From Dimorphilus gyrociliatus (lineage: Eukaryota; Animalia; Annelida), in NCBI GenBank assembly GCA_904063045.1, contig CAJFCJ010000004.1, positions 1,543,713 to 1,607,712 on the forward strand: DNA of 64,000 bases, given 5' to 3'. Under the pieces are notes generated by a model that made no database searches, had not been told where the DNA came from, and saw only the letters and a program-made list of their open reading frames with translations. Below are positions 1 through 26,891 of the stretch, in pieces (position 1 is the first letter of the stretch; each line of letters starts with the position of its first letter). The translations under genes and the position numbers were made by a program.

Positions 1-1396
1 TCGTTTCTTTTATTACTTGCATAAAACGGTCCAATATACACAGAGGACTTCTTTAACGGAGGTTAGGAATAGTAGGAATTTTCCTCTTTTCCCTCAATTT
101 AATTTATGCCTGTATTATGCATATTAACCTACATATATGTACGTACAAGCGTGAAATGCAAAAAGGATAGTAGCTCTTTTGCTCGCCCCCTCCTCCCCCC
201 CTCTCTCTCTCTCTCTCTTTTAGTCTACCGTTGAGGTTTGGTATAATCAACCAAGTGAGAAAATGTAATTTTTATCGGAGCGAGCCGAAATGTTTCGATG
301 ATTCGGAAGAGCATTTGGCTGCCTTAATCGCCTCTCACTCCGCATATTTTCCAAACAGGTGACCCTAATTTATAGCAGGAGCCTTTTTGCTTTCTCTTCC
401 AGATGTGTCCGTTAAATAAAAAAAATGGACGAGATAGATAGGTTTTTCCCGTTTATCCGTATCGTTGTATTCCTGTTTCAATTAGGAAAACAACGATTAC
501 CGACTTTGTGATTGTGTAATCAACGACAATTCGTAGGCCGTGAGAGGAAGTTGGAGTTGGTCAGAAAGATAACGCTTATCTGCTGACTCGGATGGACTCG
601 TTTCCGGTTTATATAGCTTTTAAATATAATCTATACGTACGTGTTTTTAGAAAGAAATGGGGGGAAGAGGGGCGGGCTATAAGAAAAAATAAGTTTTCTT
701 CACCGCCATTTTCAATCCGATTACGGCAAGCGATTAAGAAAGAAAAACGTTTAGCCTTAGCTACAATGCCCACAAATCGGAAATGTAAACTTTAGCGAGT
801 GTTGACCGTGTAGGGGTGAGACGTAAACAATAGTATAGTAGTAAGAGTATACAATATAAACGTTTCGTAGCTCATATAGTGTATTCGTTACCAACTTTTT
901 ACAATTAAGAAGCTTTAAAATTAATTAAATAATTCAATTATCTTGACAATTTCTCAAATTTCTCAAATTTTTCAAGTTTTTTTTCTCCATCCCTTTTTAA
1001 AATCATTATTTAACGACCTGAAGTTTTAGTTTTCTATTATTTCCCTAAGTCGCCGACTGATCCGAGAAAACAATCACGACCACACCGTTCGTAGCGCGAT
1101 TATACTGAGAGATCAATTTCAAACAAATGTGCTCGATCCAACGTCGAAATAGACTGCGAATGTAATCCAAACTGCCGTACACACTCGCCATTTGCATATC
1201 CATTGTGTGCCTGGCGGTCATTATGCAAATTAGCCTCAGCAATAACGCGTTCGTTGTACAAACAATATGTTGCACAAGGGGGAAAAAGGTGCGACAGATT
1301 AGAGTATGAAGGTTTTGTAGGCCTATAATAGTTTTAAATAAAAATAAGTTCAGTTGAATAAGCAATAATAACAATCCGTTTTGTTCGTATACACAG

Positions 1397-16683
<15,287 letters not shown>

Positions 16684-18916
16684 CCCTGACGAAAAAAAGA
16701 AAAATGAACTATTACGTGTATAACTATATACATATAGCCGTGATATGTATATATTTATATGTATACATATAATCTATATTTATGTGTATATGCGTATATC
16801 CGTATATATGTATCCTTATATATGCATGTATATATATATATATTATATATAAATATAGATGCATATATATATATATATGAATTTGTGTATATACTAGGAC
16901 TGGTTCGACCGCTACTATAATTATTATGAATGTTATTATTATTATCATGATTATGATTATTATCATTATAATCTACTACTACTACTACTATACTTCTACT
17001 ATTATTATAATTATCTATATTCAGTATATGTATATATATATACTGCTAGTATATGTATATACATATATATGTATATATTTATGTACTGATAAAACGCTAG
17101 AGCACCGCGTCAAAAAACGAACGAAAAAACATAAAACAAAATTTTTTATTTTGTTTCAAATATGACTAGTCAGAAAAAAAATATGATGGTCTTGATTTTT
17201 TTTTAAAAAAACAAAGCAAACAAGGAAAGCAAAATATAAAAAAAAAAGAAAAAGAAAAAGAAGGCCTTTTTGTCAAGAATCGTTGTTGCTCACGCGAAAT
17301 GTGTACAAAAGAATAATTTGTATATATTATAAGCATTATATACATCTATATAAATATATATATATAAAAACAATATATATATATATATATATCAATTATG
17401 TAATATTTAATGTAATGTACACGGTTTAAGAAAAACGATGAGAAAAGAAAAAACTTTCTGCTTTTTCGATCGCATTAAGCTCAATGACGCCGACGCCGCA
17501 CGCAGCAAACTGCACTCAGTCGAGTGACGCCTTGAGCCTTTCACGCGCCAACACCAAGCGAGCGAAAACTAATGTCCTTTAGACGCCTTAGGCGTCTTTC
17601 GAGCGTTGAGTGGCACGACGCTAAAACGGATAAGACAAGTAACGCCTTTTCGCGCCCTCTTCTAGAATTGAATGCGAGCTATTGATTTAATGCGTATCCG
17701 CCCAAGTCGGCTGCAAAAAATAATCAAAATGGGTCAAGCATAAACCTTCGCGTCTCTATGTTGCCGTAGGCATAAACTATATATACTATACGCACTGCTG
17801 CTCCTCCTTATCGGCACTCCGCCGACTCGCTTCACGGATTGTCCGTGATACGCGTTTTATCTTTCCTTCTTATTTCCCGCTACTGAAATGCAGTGGATTT
17901 TTCGCACGCTACGCGCACGTTCGTTACGCAACATTACGTGTCAACAGCCTTAGGCCTCTATTGGAATAATTAGCTGGAACGCTTTGAACTTTTTCAAGTT
18001 GTATAAAAATAGAAAGAAATGCGGGCTTTAAGCGAAAAGGTAATTGATCAAGATTCTTTTCTTTCCCTTGCCCCCTCCTCTTTCTAAAATTATCTTTCTA
18101 ATGGCCGACTCGGCCGCATCGATTATCTCGACTGTATCAAGCTAATGCTCGTGTGTATCCCGCTTTTTGTCCAATCTCTGACAGATATTTCCAAACTACG
18201 TAATTACCGTAATTACTTCTAATGCTTTTTTGGCGAGCTACGCATGTTTAGCAAGCAATGAGCGGCAACAGGCTCAGCTTTTTTTCCTTAATCATTTTTT
18301 ACTGTTCCGTCTCTCAGTCTCTTTCTTTCTTTCTCTCTTTCTCTCTTTCTTTCTTTCTCTCCATCTCTCTTTGGTCTTTCCTCCCAGTTTTATACACAGT
18401 ATATATATATATTCTCGATTTTATTCTATATAGAAAATTCGCAGAATATATATATATTACTTATAAGCTTTATATATACTAATATATATTTATCTATATA
18501 TATATATTAACGAACGCCACTGTATAGAAAGCCTACATAAATGATAGGAAATATCATTTTCCCACTCGCCTCCCAACATAAACACTGGCAGCAGCCTCGC
18601 CAGCTTATACAAAACAAACAATTAATCGCGAAAAACGCGAGAAATTGATAGCCTACTTTTATTTCAACGTTGACGGTTGAGGCGAATGTCTCTGTCGTCA
18701 CTCCAACACGAATATATCCATGTAATAGTAAAAAGACAGAGACAGATGGCGACACTTGACGGAAAATTTGTATTAAAGAATGAAAAAAAATAAACATTAA
18801 ATCACTGTAACTGTCTGCGAAACGTTTTTAAAAATTATTTTCCTTCTTTGTTTTTTTTAAAAAAAAGAATTATAAAAGACTGTTTTTGGATTTGTATTTC
18901 GGTTCCGTCTTCTACC

Positions 18917-19357
18917 CTATGCAGTTTCATTTTGGGGATATTCTTGAATTTTTGTAAATATTTTCTCGCGGAATAGTTTGAACTCTTCCTCCTGAAGAAG
19001 CTCATCATCGACTATTCGATCCGCAACTTCGATTACCAAATGAGCTATTTCGGTTTCCAGTTGGTCGATCATTTCGACGTCAAGCGATTCTTCTGATTTG
19101 ATGGCGTCGATCTTAACGAGTTTTGCTAAAAGGAATGTCGTGAAAGATTTGAAAAGTTCGTGTTCACGCCGTAGGGCAAGCATTATTTTCTGTAAAGCTT
19201 CCATTTCCTCATCTTCAACGATGTCTCCTTCATTTTTCTTGGCATCCTCCTTTTCCTGGTCGCTGAATGACGATTCTTTATAGTCATTACTTTCTTTCTG
19301 CTCCATCATCAGTTTCTCTTCAAATTCCTCTGTAAGTCCTTCGTTAATACCAGCCAT
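18917..19357 (-). CDS. Single-exon acidic (Glu/Asp-rich) 146-aa protein of unknown function
   Basis: ATG-initiated ORF with protein-like composition, higher GC than its flanks, divergent from the gene starting at 19675. I recognise no family. Confidence 0.7.
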   Translation of the reverse strand: MAGINEGLTEEFEEKLMMEQKESNDYKESSFSDQEKEDAKKNEGDIVEDEEMEALQKIMLALRREHELFKSFTTFLLAKLVKIDAIKSEESLDVEMIDQLETEIAHLVIEVADRIVDDELLQEEEFKLFREKIFTKIQEYPQNETA

Positions 19358-19674
19358 TTATTTTCCTTACAAAGAAGTCTTTTCCAATGAATAATTTAAA
19401 ACTTCGAATCTACGTCACATATCGTAAAGTTTGTTATTATAAAAATAATTGTCGGTTATAAATTTCATAGGCATAGCCAAGGTTTTTTTTTAGCAACAAC
19501 CTGCGCCATCTATCGTATTTCAAATCAACAAGTGTCGGCTAGTATTGATAAGTAATCGGGTCCCGCTTTTTGATCGGCCAATCGATCGGATCTCACTACG
19601 TCTGTACACGCTCATTTTCTGGCTGGTAACGACTTTTAAATGGTCAGTTCGGCGGCAACTTTCACCCGTAAAAC

Positions 19675-20692
19675 ATGTTCATACTAATTAAATACGGAGC
19701 TAATGAGACTTTACTCTGTAATCCGACCTGCGCGGTCGTTAATTTACTAAACAGTATTAAGAGAAGATCTGGACATGCTGATTTAACTATTGACGTTGCC
19801 GACGAGACTGGTATGTATTTATTTTTTTATTAGTAATAATTATCGTTCAGTGTAAAACTCTTAGTAACTACTTTAAGTGTTAGTTAAACGAAGAAAGGAA
19901 TGTTTTCCAACGTAATATTTATAGATCAATCATTGATAAGCTATCAGGATTCTGTCAAAAGGGCGACGACGGTAGCTCGATTAGTAAGAAATATTAAAGA
20001 AGGGGAAGAAATAAAGTTTTAACACTTCTGTATTCTGGCTCGGTGAATAATCGATGTTCAATAACGACAGCGCGATAAAAAAAATAACTATAAAAAAGAA
20101 AAAAACCATTCTCGGTATATTTACCGATTTGTTTACGGGTGTAAGGGCAACAACGGGTAAAAAAAGCTAAAAAAGAAAGCGACGCTTTGTTTACTTTTGG
20201 GTGAGGGGAAGGGATTCCCGAGTAAAATAAGCACTTCCAAGGAGTGTAAACATTATTAATACTTGTTCTCGCCCTCTTGTGCTTTTTTTACACTACTATT
20301 TTACATTTATAAAGACGATTCGTCTATTCACAAAAATAAACATTTTCTTATTGAGTTACACATACATGATTATAACGATAACAGGTTTAGTCAAGGAGTT
20401 AGACGCTCACAAATACGATTACGCGTACAAGCATTTAGGAACCGAGGGAACGTACGTTCTTATGGAAAAACAAATGGTTTTCGTCGATGAACATCCCCAG
20501 TGCGCTTATGTTCCATTATTGGATGAGCCTACAAAAATATTCCCTTCATTTAATGTTCGTGTGCCAAATATGGAAAAGAAGAAGAAGAAGCCTACAACTA
20601 AGAGTCCATCACCGGCTGGGATGAAAGGAATCAGAAGTAAAAAAGGTCTAACAACAGGAGGAACAAGTCGAGCTCCGTCAAGAAAAAGATGA
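19675..20692 (+). CDS. C22orf15/CXorf65-family protein, about 148 aa, basic C-terminal tail
   Basis: Exons 19675-19810 (MFILIKYGANETLLCNPTCAVVNLLNSIKRRSGHADLTIDVADETG) and 20385-20692 (LVKELD...YVPLLD...RKR*). The N-terminus matches the MFIxIKxG..LxNxxCxVVNL pattern I recall for this family. Confidence 0.8.
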
Positions 20693-20769
20693 ACATTTTT
20701 CCTGTCTTTCTTTTTTATTAATTTATCTAGAAACATTTTTCTGCATTCGATATTTTTTATACTCTACTG

Positions 20770-22602
20770 CTAAGAAGGCTGAACAAATTCAGTAGGAAAT
20801 TCGTCCATGATCTGTATGCCCTTCTCGTCTTGAAAGTTTAAATCATCAATATAGCCGAACCAGTAAATGACCAAGCCAGAGCCGAATCTAATGGGAAAAT
20901 AAAAGCGAATATTTCTTCTTTATATCTTTATTTATTACATTCGCTCCCTATGGATTTTCCTTACCTATTCCAATAACTCCACAATTGCTCTTTAAGATAA
21001 GTTTTATGGCATTCTTCGTCGGCAAACAGCGCCTTGCTTTCGATCCAATTAACCACTTTACCATTTACTCCTGCAGATGGCGTCAAAGATATACGTATTC
21101 GTGTACAAAATAATTTTTATATGAATTTTGTTTTGATAACACTTTTAACAAACCAATTGGTACTTCGAGCTTAATATCCGGAGTTTTATCATAACCATCT
21201 TTTCGTAATACATTCTCATCTAATAAAACGTAAAAACATTTCAGAATTGAAAAAAAAGACTTGTTCTAGACACTTTTTAACCAACCTAAAAACGCGATAT
21301 TACTCTCTCTTAGTTTCTTTTTTAAAAATGTCTCATATTCTTCTCCAACCGATGTGCAAAGCAGGCAGTTAAGGATTCTTATATTAAATAAATTAATGAT
21401 AGATTATACATATACATATATATACCGGAAGAATAATTACGATTTGCAATTAGTAAATAGAGCTAGTTGGAAATAACTGGAAAAAGTTAATTAAAAAGGA
21501 TATCTTTTGATAACACAAGCACTTGGACTGTAGAAACGATCTACGGTTAGACAGATACTAATTTCCGCAGCCAATCTTCCGTCGTCAATTAAATTCGTGT
21601 CCCTCACCCACGCGTTAACTTCCTTTTTCGGCACTAAATAGAAAAAGGCTTGCTCTAAGAGGATCAAATTAAGAAATTCTTAATTTTTTTTATCTAACAC
21701 TGTTCGTCGGTTCGTTTCCTTCTTAAGTACTCCTCGATAATGATCTTTGCCAAAAGAGTGGGGGAAATAGCTATCTGTATATATATTCCAAAATGAAATG
21801 AGACGAAAAAGAAAAATAAGATATATCTAAGATTCGGAAAAGGGAATTCTATCAATTCGGAATAATCAACATACTTCAGCTGAAAGACTCAGAATTACTC
21901 CTCTTTCACCAGTAGATATTCGTCTTTCATATCTGAAAATATATATCTGACAATAAGTACAAATATAAAAATAAGACATTTATTATATATCAAGTGTCGT
22001 TTTATTTGCGGGAGAACTAAAGTTTAATCGCTAACTTTTATAATATGTTTTTAAATTTTAGTTATAGGCAAAATATTCGTGACATTCAATCCATGTTTTT
22101 AACAAATAATCCTTCTAATATATATCTTTCACTAGTAACAAAGAGAATAACATTCTCGGAATCTTTCAGTCCAACTAACCTCATTATTTGTTAAATCAAC
22201 AGATTAATTTTTTTTGTTAAAAGAAAGAGTAAACATACGTTTCGAATAAGGTATTTGATTCTCTTGAGTGTTTCCACAATGTAGCCTTTGCTCTTCTCTG
22301 CAATAAAAGTGAATGCAATATATTAAACAAAGAAAAAAAAAAAGGTCATATTAACAAGGTCGTTTACGTCTGTAACTAATTACCTGATTTAGTTGATCGG
22401 CAATACTATAAAGTGTTTCCTCTTTAGTCCTATTCAACATAAAAAAATAATAACGGTATCGATATAAACAACCCATAATTAGATCAATTGTATTGACAAA
22501 CCCGGCAAACTTCTCGGTTAATTCTCTAAGATATTCAATTGTAATGGGTAGCTTTCTATTTTGTAGGCAATTTATTATTTCTTTGTACAGAGTTAATTTC
22601 AT
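20770..22602 (-). CDS. CDIN1: CDAN1-interacting nuclease 1 (C15orf41) ortholog, 10 exons
   Basis: Exons (descending): 22602-22502, 22429-22384, 22297-22239, 21932-21875, 21774-21699, 21633-21504, 21353-21286, 21219-21154, 21070-20965, 20887-20770. Motifs [42 protein letters not shown]. Confidence 0.92.
21354..21503 (-). other. U12-type (minor spliceosome) AT-AC intron in CDIN1
   Basis: 5' end ATATCCTTT (21503-21495), branch site TCCTTAAC (21375-21368), terminal AC (21355-21354). Splicing keeps the frame (VIKR|SVGEEYE) and no GT donor fits. Confidence 0.92.
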
Positions 22603-22716
22603 TATTCTCTCTAAATGAAAATAGGAGAGTATAAACGTATAAAAATGAGAATAAATCATAGAAAATTTGGCTGACCATTAGTAACTTTTTGTTCAAAATT
22701 AAGGTTGGAAATATAT

Positions 22717-22725
22717 ACCGGAAGT
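22717..22725 (+). promoter_or_regulatory. ETS/GABP motif in the bidirectional CDIN1/prohormone promoter
   Basis: ACCGGAAGT between divergent ATGs at 22602 and 22785. Confidence 0.45.
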
Positions 22726-22784
22726 ACATTTAAGATGCTAGACAACAAGTCCTGCGCTTAATCAACACTAATGCAATTTCCTTA

Positions 22785-23753
22785 ATGAAAACAAATGCAC
22801 CACATGAACCGAATAGGAAGGTAAGACATTAATCATACACAAATGCACTACATAAATAACTAATTGGTAAAAAACAAAGAATAACATAAGTTAATATTCC
22901 CATAAAAATTCCCATAAAGAATATAAAAAATTAGTCTTAAAACCACTTTAAATACTCTAAACAAATAAATTACGTAAAAGCAAACATAGAATATAAGTCA
23001 CGGAGTTCATGGACACAATTTTAGTTATGAATAAATATTGATAATATGCTATTGCTGTTATAGCAATATATTAAGGGATTGGTGCTGCCATCCATCGTTG
23101 TAGTATTCAACTATCATATAAAAAGGATGCAAACCTTATTTGGAGCTTAAACGTTGTCCGGTTAAACATTAACAAGTAAAAAAAATGAAACAATTTCAAT
23201 TAATATTTGTAAGTAAAAAGAAAAATTAATCAATTAATATAAATGTATTATTTTTTTAAAAAATCCTGATTTAATTCATATTTTTCTAATTTTTTCTATT
23301 AATAATTTTTTATCCTAGCATATAATTATAACTTTTGAATGAATAATTGATTAAACCCTAATTAATGGCTAATTTTCCACCTTTTTCATCCTATTTCCTA
23401 AATAGCCTGTTAAGCCGATTCTATCTTTCCGGTTGGCTCTATTTCTCTTTGGAATCTCATATCTTCTACTAGCTACACCGGTTGAGGCGAGATCTACTCA
23501 TTTATCTGATTCAATTGATAGAATCTCCTCTTTGATTCGAAGCGGAGAGCGTCGAAAGAAAAGTGAAGGTGTTGTATGTTCTTCTGAGGAGAGCGCTGCT
23601 TACTGCGATTACTGCTCATGGCACTTTCCAAGTGGTCAAAGTTTTATGTATAATTATTGCTGTGAAAATTTTTATCGAAATCCGGATGCTGTTCGTCCGT
23701 CCTGCGACGACGCTATAGAGAATACTGGGAAGAAACGACTTTCATGGTATTAA
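22785..23753 (+). CDS. Secreted Cys-rich prohormone-like precursor, about 127 aa
   Basis: Exons 22785-22820 (MKTNAPHEPNRK) and 23406-23753. Hydrophobic signal segment ending VEA, RRKK cleavage site, 6-Cys mature region, G-KKR amidation-like end. The first exon is less certain than the second. Confidence 0.7.
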
Positions 23754-25055
23754 ACATTACAGAGTTGAATAAAAGAATTAGTGTGTATCGTCTCTCTCTT
23801 ATTTTGAATCAAGATGTTATCTCAGAAAACAAAAACAGATAAAAATTAGTCTTTCATCGAGCTTTTTAAAATAATAAATGAATTTTTTTTTTTCATTTTT
23901 TCATAATTTTTTAGAGAGAAAACCAAACAAAAATTCCTTAGAAAACCATACAAAAAATAACAATAAAGTATATCAAGAATCGTTTCGTTTCCTGAAGGAC
24001 AACAATATAAGAAGACACTAAATGTAGCGAAAAGTAGTGATAGTCAATGTCTTACTGCTACTTTTTATTCAAATTCCTTCCCCTTTTTTGTGGTTCTTTT
24101 TGTTTTCAAATATGAATCTAATACTAGTTGTCCAATAAGTAAACCAGACAGTCCATTCCTACATATTATTATTATCCAATTCTTTGTTTTGAATAGATAG
24201 ACTATATTGTGCTGAATAATCCATAAGCATCTCTCAAAGTAGCATTTTATGAATCTATTTTTAGAATTGTCATTAACTTTTGCGTGGCTGAATGATTAAC
24301 TAAAAACTAAAATTATTGAATAAGAGTTGGCCCGTACTTGACCTATCTAAATATTTCCGTTTGCCCGTGACTACACTATTAAACAATAAACATGGTCATC
24401 ATACTCAAGTTACTCTAATTATTAATAGAAAATGATAGCAAATGGAACTTCATTGAATTTTTACTACCGCTAAAATGCTTTTAAATTGAAAATAGATGCC
24501 TTTTATGTTGTTTAATAACAATTCTCTGTAATTATTTTTTAACTCTTAAATGGTTGGTGAGCAACCAGTAATGGCTCAACGCCTGATGGTAGATTATAAT
24601 CAGATTTTAAACTCATTATTATGAGACATAGTTCTTTTTTATCTGTGACTTGAATTCTTATTGCCTACTAATTTGCCAGTGTAGAGAAAAACAGACTAAT
24701 TATACAGAATATGCAGTTAATAGCAAATCGTATTAAACTTCTAGAAAATTCTCTGACAGAGTAAGTCTTTTACAGAACCGAATAACCTTGAATGTTCTGC
24801 TTAACGAGTAAGCAACTTAAGAACCTCTAGGGTTTAATTAATCACTTCCGAAGAACATCTCATACCATTGTTTCATTTACATCGAGTGATAAACGATCTT
24901 AAGTATATATTTTCTATGAAATAATTTAATTATTACCTTCGTGTATATATCAACAACCCTAAAGACGCTCTTTGAGCATCAAATCATATTGTTGACAGGG
25001 AAATTAAACATGCCAATTCTTTGTACGTTAAAAAGCGGGAAAATCCGAAAAAATG

Positions 25056-25116
25056 TGACGTCATTACAAATGTGTTTCGTGCGCATGCGCGGTAGCTAGA
25101 AATATCCACTTCCGGT
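25056..25116 (+). promoter_or_regulatory. Housekeeping-type promoter with CRE, NRF1 and ETS sites
   Basis: TGACGTCA 25056-25063, TGCGCATGCGCG 25080-25091, ACTTCCGGT 25108-25116, just upstream of the ATG at 25145. Confidence 0.65.
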
Positions 25117-25144
25117 TTTTGTTGTAAATAACATCCACCCAACA

Positions 25145-26810
25145 ATGACAAATTCTGAAGTAAAAGCAGAATCAGACGAAGAAATGGAGCACGAATCGTT
25201 AGAATCATCTAAAAGCGAAGGAGAAGAGTCTGGTTCGGATACCGAAAGTGGAGACGAATACCATGTTTCAGGTAAGGACGCTTCCCGCTTGTAGTTTTTC
25301 ATTCGGTTCTTATAAATCGTAACCGTTTGGATTTACCTTTCTCCCCCATAGACTTAAATGATGAAGATTTTGATAAAAAAAAGACGAATCTCTCAACTGA
25401 TATGGCATATCTCGAAAAACAATTTGAAAATGTAAAAAACGAGTAAGTTAAACAGATTTTTAGCTTTAAAACAAAACTAGAAATGGACTCTTTGCTTTTC
25501 AGCTTATATAATGCAAAACTACGTCAAGCTAACGATAAAATTGATGCTATAACTAAAAATATTGCTCCCGAATATGTTATACCCTTAGATAAACTGAGGG
25601 ATCAGAGAGAAATACGACGGCAGGTTGCAAGTAAGTCCTCAGTTTTTTATACTGAAATATACTCATTATATTTGTCTAGACGGACGCATATAGTTATATT
25701 CTTTATTTTTTCAGAAATACTTAGGGAAATGCGAGTTAAGAGTAACGAAAATAAATATGAATATGAAGTAAATGGAGCTCGCCAAAGCTACGAAGTAAGT
25801 TTGAGAGATATAAGCAAAATAAATTACACAGTTATATTTTATTATTGAATAGAGTGATCGATTTATGCTCTCTGATAATGTTAGAAGTGAATTGGAAGAG
25901 AAAATTCGAAAACTGGAAGAAGATAGACACAATATTGATATTACCTCGGGTAAAATATACGTCATTTTTATCCTACAAAATACGATTATAATCCAATAAA
26001 TATTCTTTTAGACCTATTCATGGAAAGTCAATCCTACCGAAAAACAAAAAAGAAAACCTCAGCTCATGAAGGACTCAACGAGAAACGTAGAAAGCCAGTA
26101 GCAGTAACCGGTCCATACATTGTTTATATGTTAGAAGATAGTGAAATTATAGAAGATTGGACAGCTATACGCAAAATCTTGAAACAAGGTGAATTAGGTG
26201 AGAAAAAGAAAAAAGACATTGCCGCTCGTAAGTGTTGCTTTCACTAACATTTACTTAAATGTATAACGTAGGTATTGGAGAAAGCAAAGGCGAAAGAGCA
26301 GTCTGAACATAGAAATCTCTTAATTTAATTTAATAATGAGTTATCTTATTTAGTAAGTAAATAGCTAGATAGGTAAAATGCTAACATTCGCTTGTGGCTT
26401 ATGATATGTATTTAAACTACTCTAGCATGCTAATATACATACCGGGCCTTTTTAACATTGCAGATCAACACAGACCCCTTGTCCCCGAAAAATCTTATTC
26501 AGAAAAGAATGTGCATTTCGATAATAAGAACAACCGTCTGATATATGAAGGTGAAGTATTTAGTAAGGATGATAATATTACAATAGATATGCGAGAAGAT
26601 TCACCCGCCTTGTAAGACTATGTGCTGGAACATTACGTTACTAATAGTAATATCGTTTCATTTCTCCTATACAGTGCTACAATTATGTCGATAAACAACC
26701 AAGAAATTCTGATTCAGAAAACGGACGGCAATAAAGCAAAACTTTACTTAAATCAGCTGCAGCGGGGAAAATATCTAATTAGGCATAACCGCCATTCAAG
26801 CATCTATTGA
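25145..26810 (+). CDS. BRMS1L: BRMS1/BRMS1-like (Sds3 family, Sin3-HDAC subunit)
   Basis: Exons 25145-25271, 25352-25442, 25503-25630, 25715-25794, 25853-25949, 26012-26227, 26464-26611, 26675-26810. Motifs [43 protein letters not shown] and the BRMS1L-type end [18 protein letters not shown]. Confidence 0.93.
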
Positions 26811-26891
26811 CAATTGTGTATAGTCTCTTTTCTAATCATTGTAAATATTCAGATAATCGTATTTAAAAAAAATATAATAGTTAATATTTTC

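Noticed and set aside
24738-24752. Perfect heat-shock element TTCtaGAAaaTTC
   Set aside because: About one such match is expected by chance in 64 kb of AT-rich DNA.
24065-25000. Coding-looking minus-strand fragments upstream of BRMS1L (for example ...NGLSGLLIGQLVLDSYLK...)
   Set aside because: No coherent multi-exon model or family match; left unresolved, and RNA-seq would decide.
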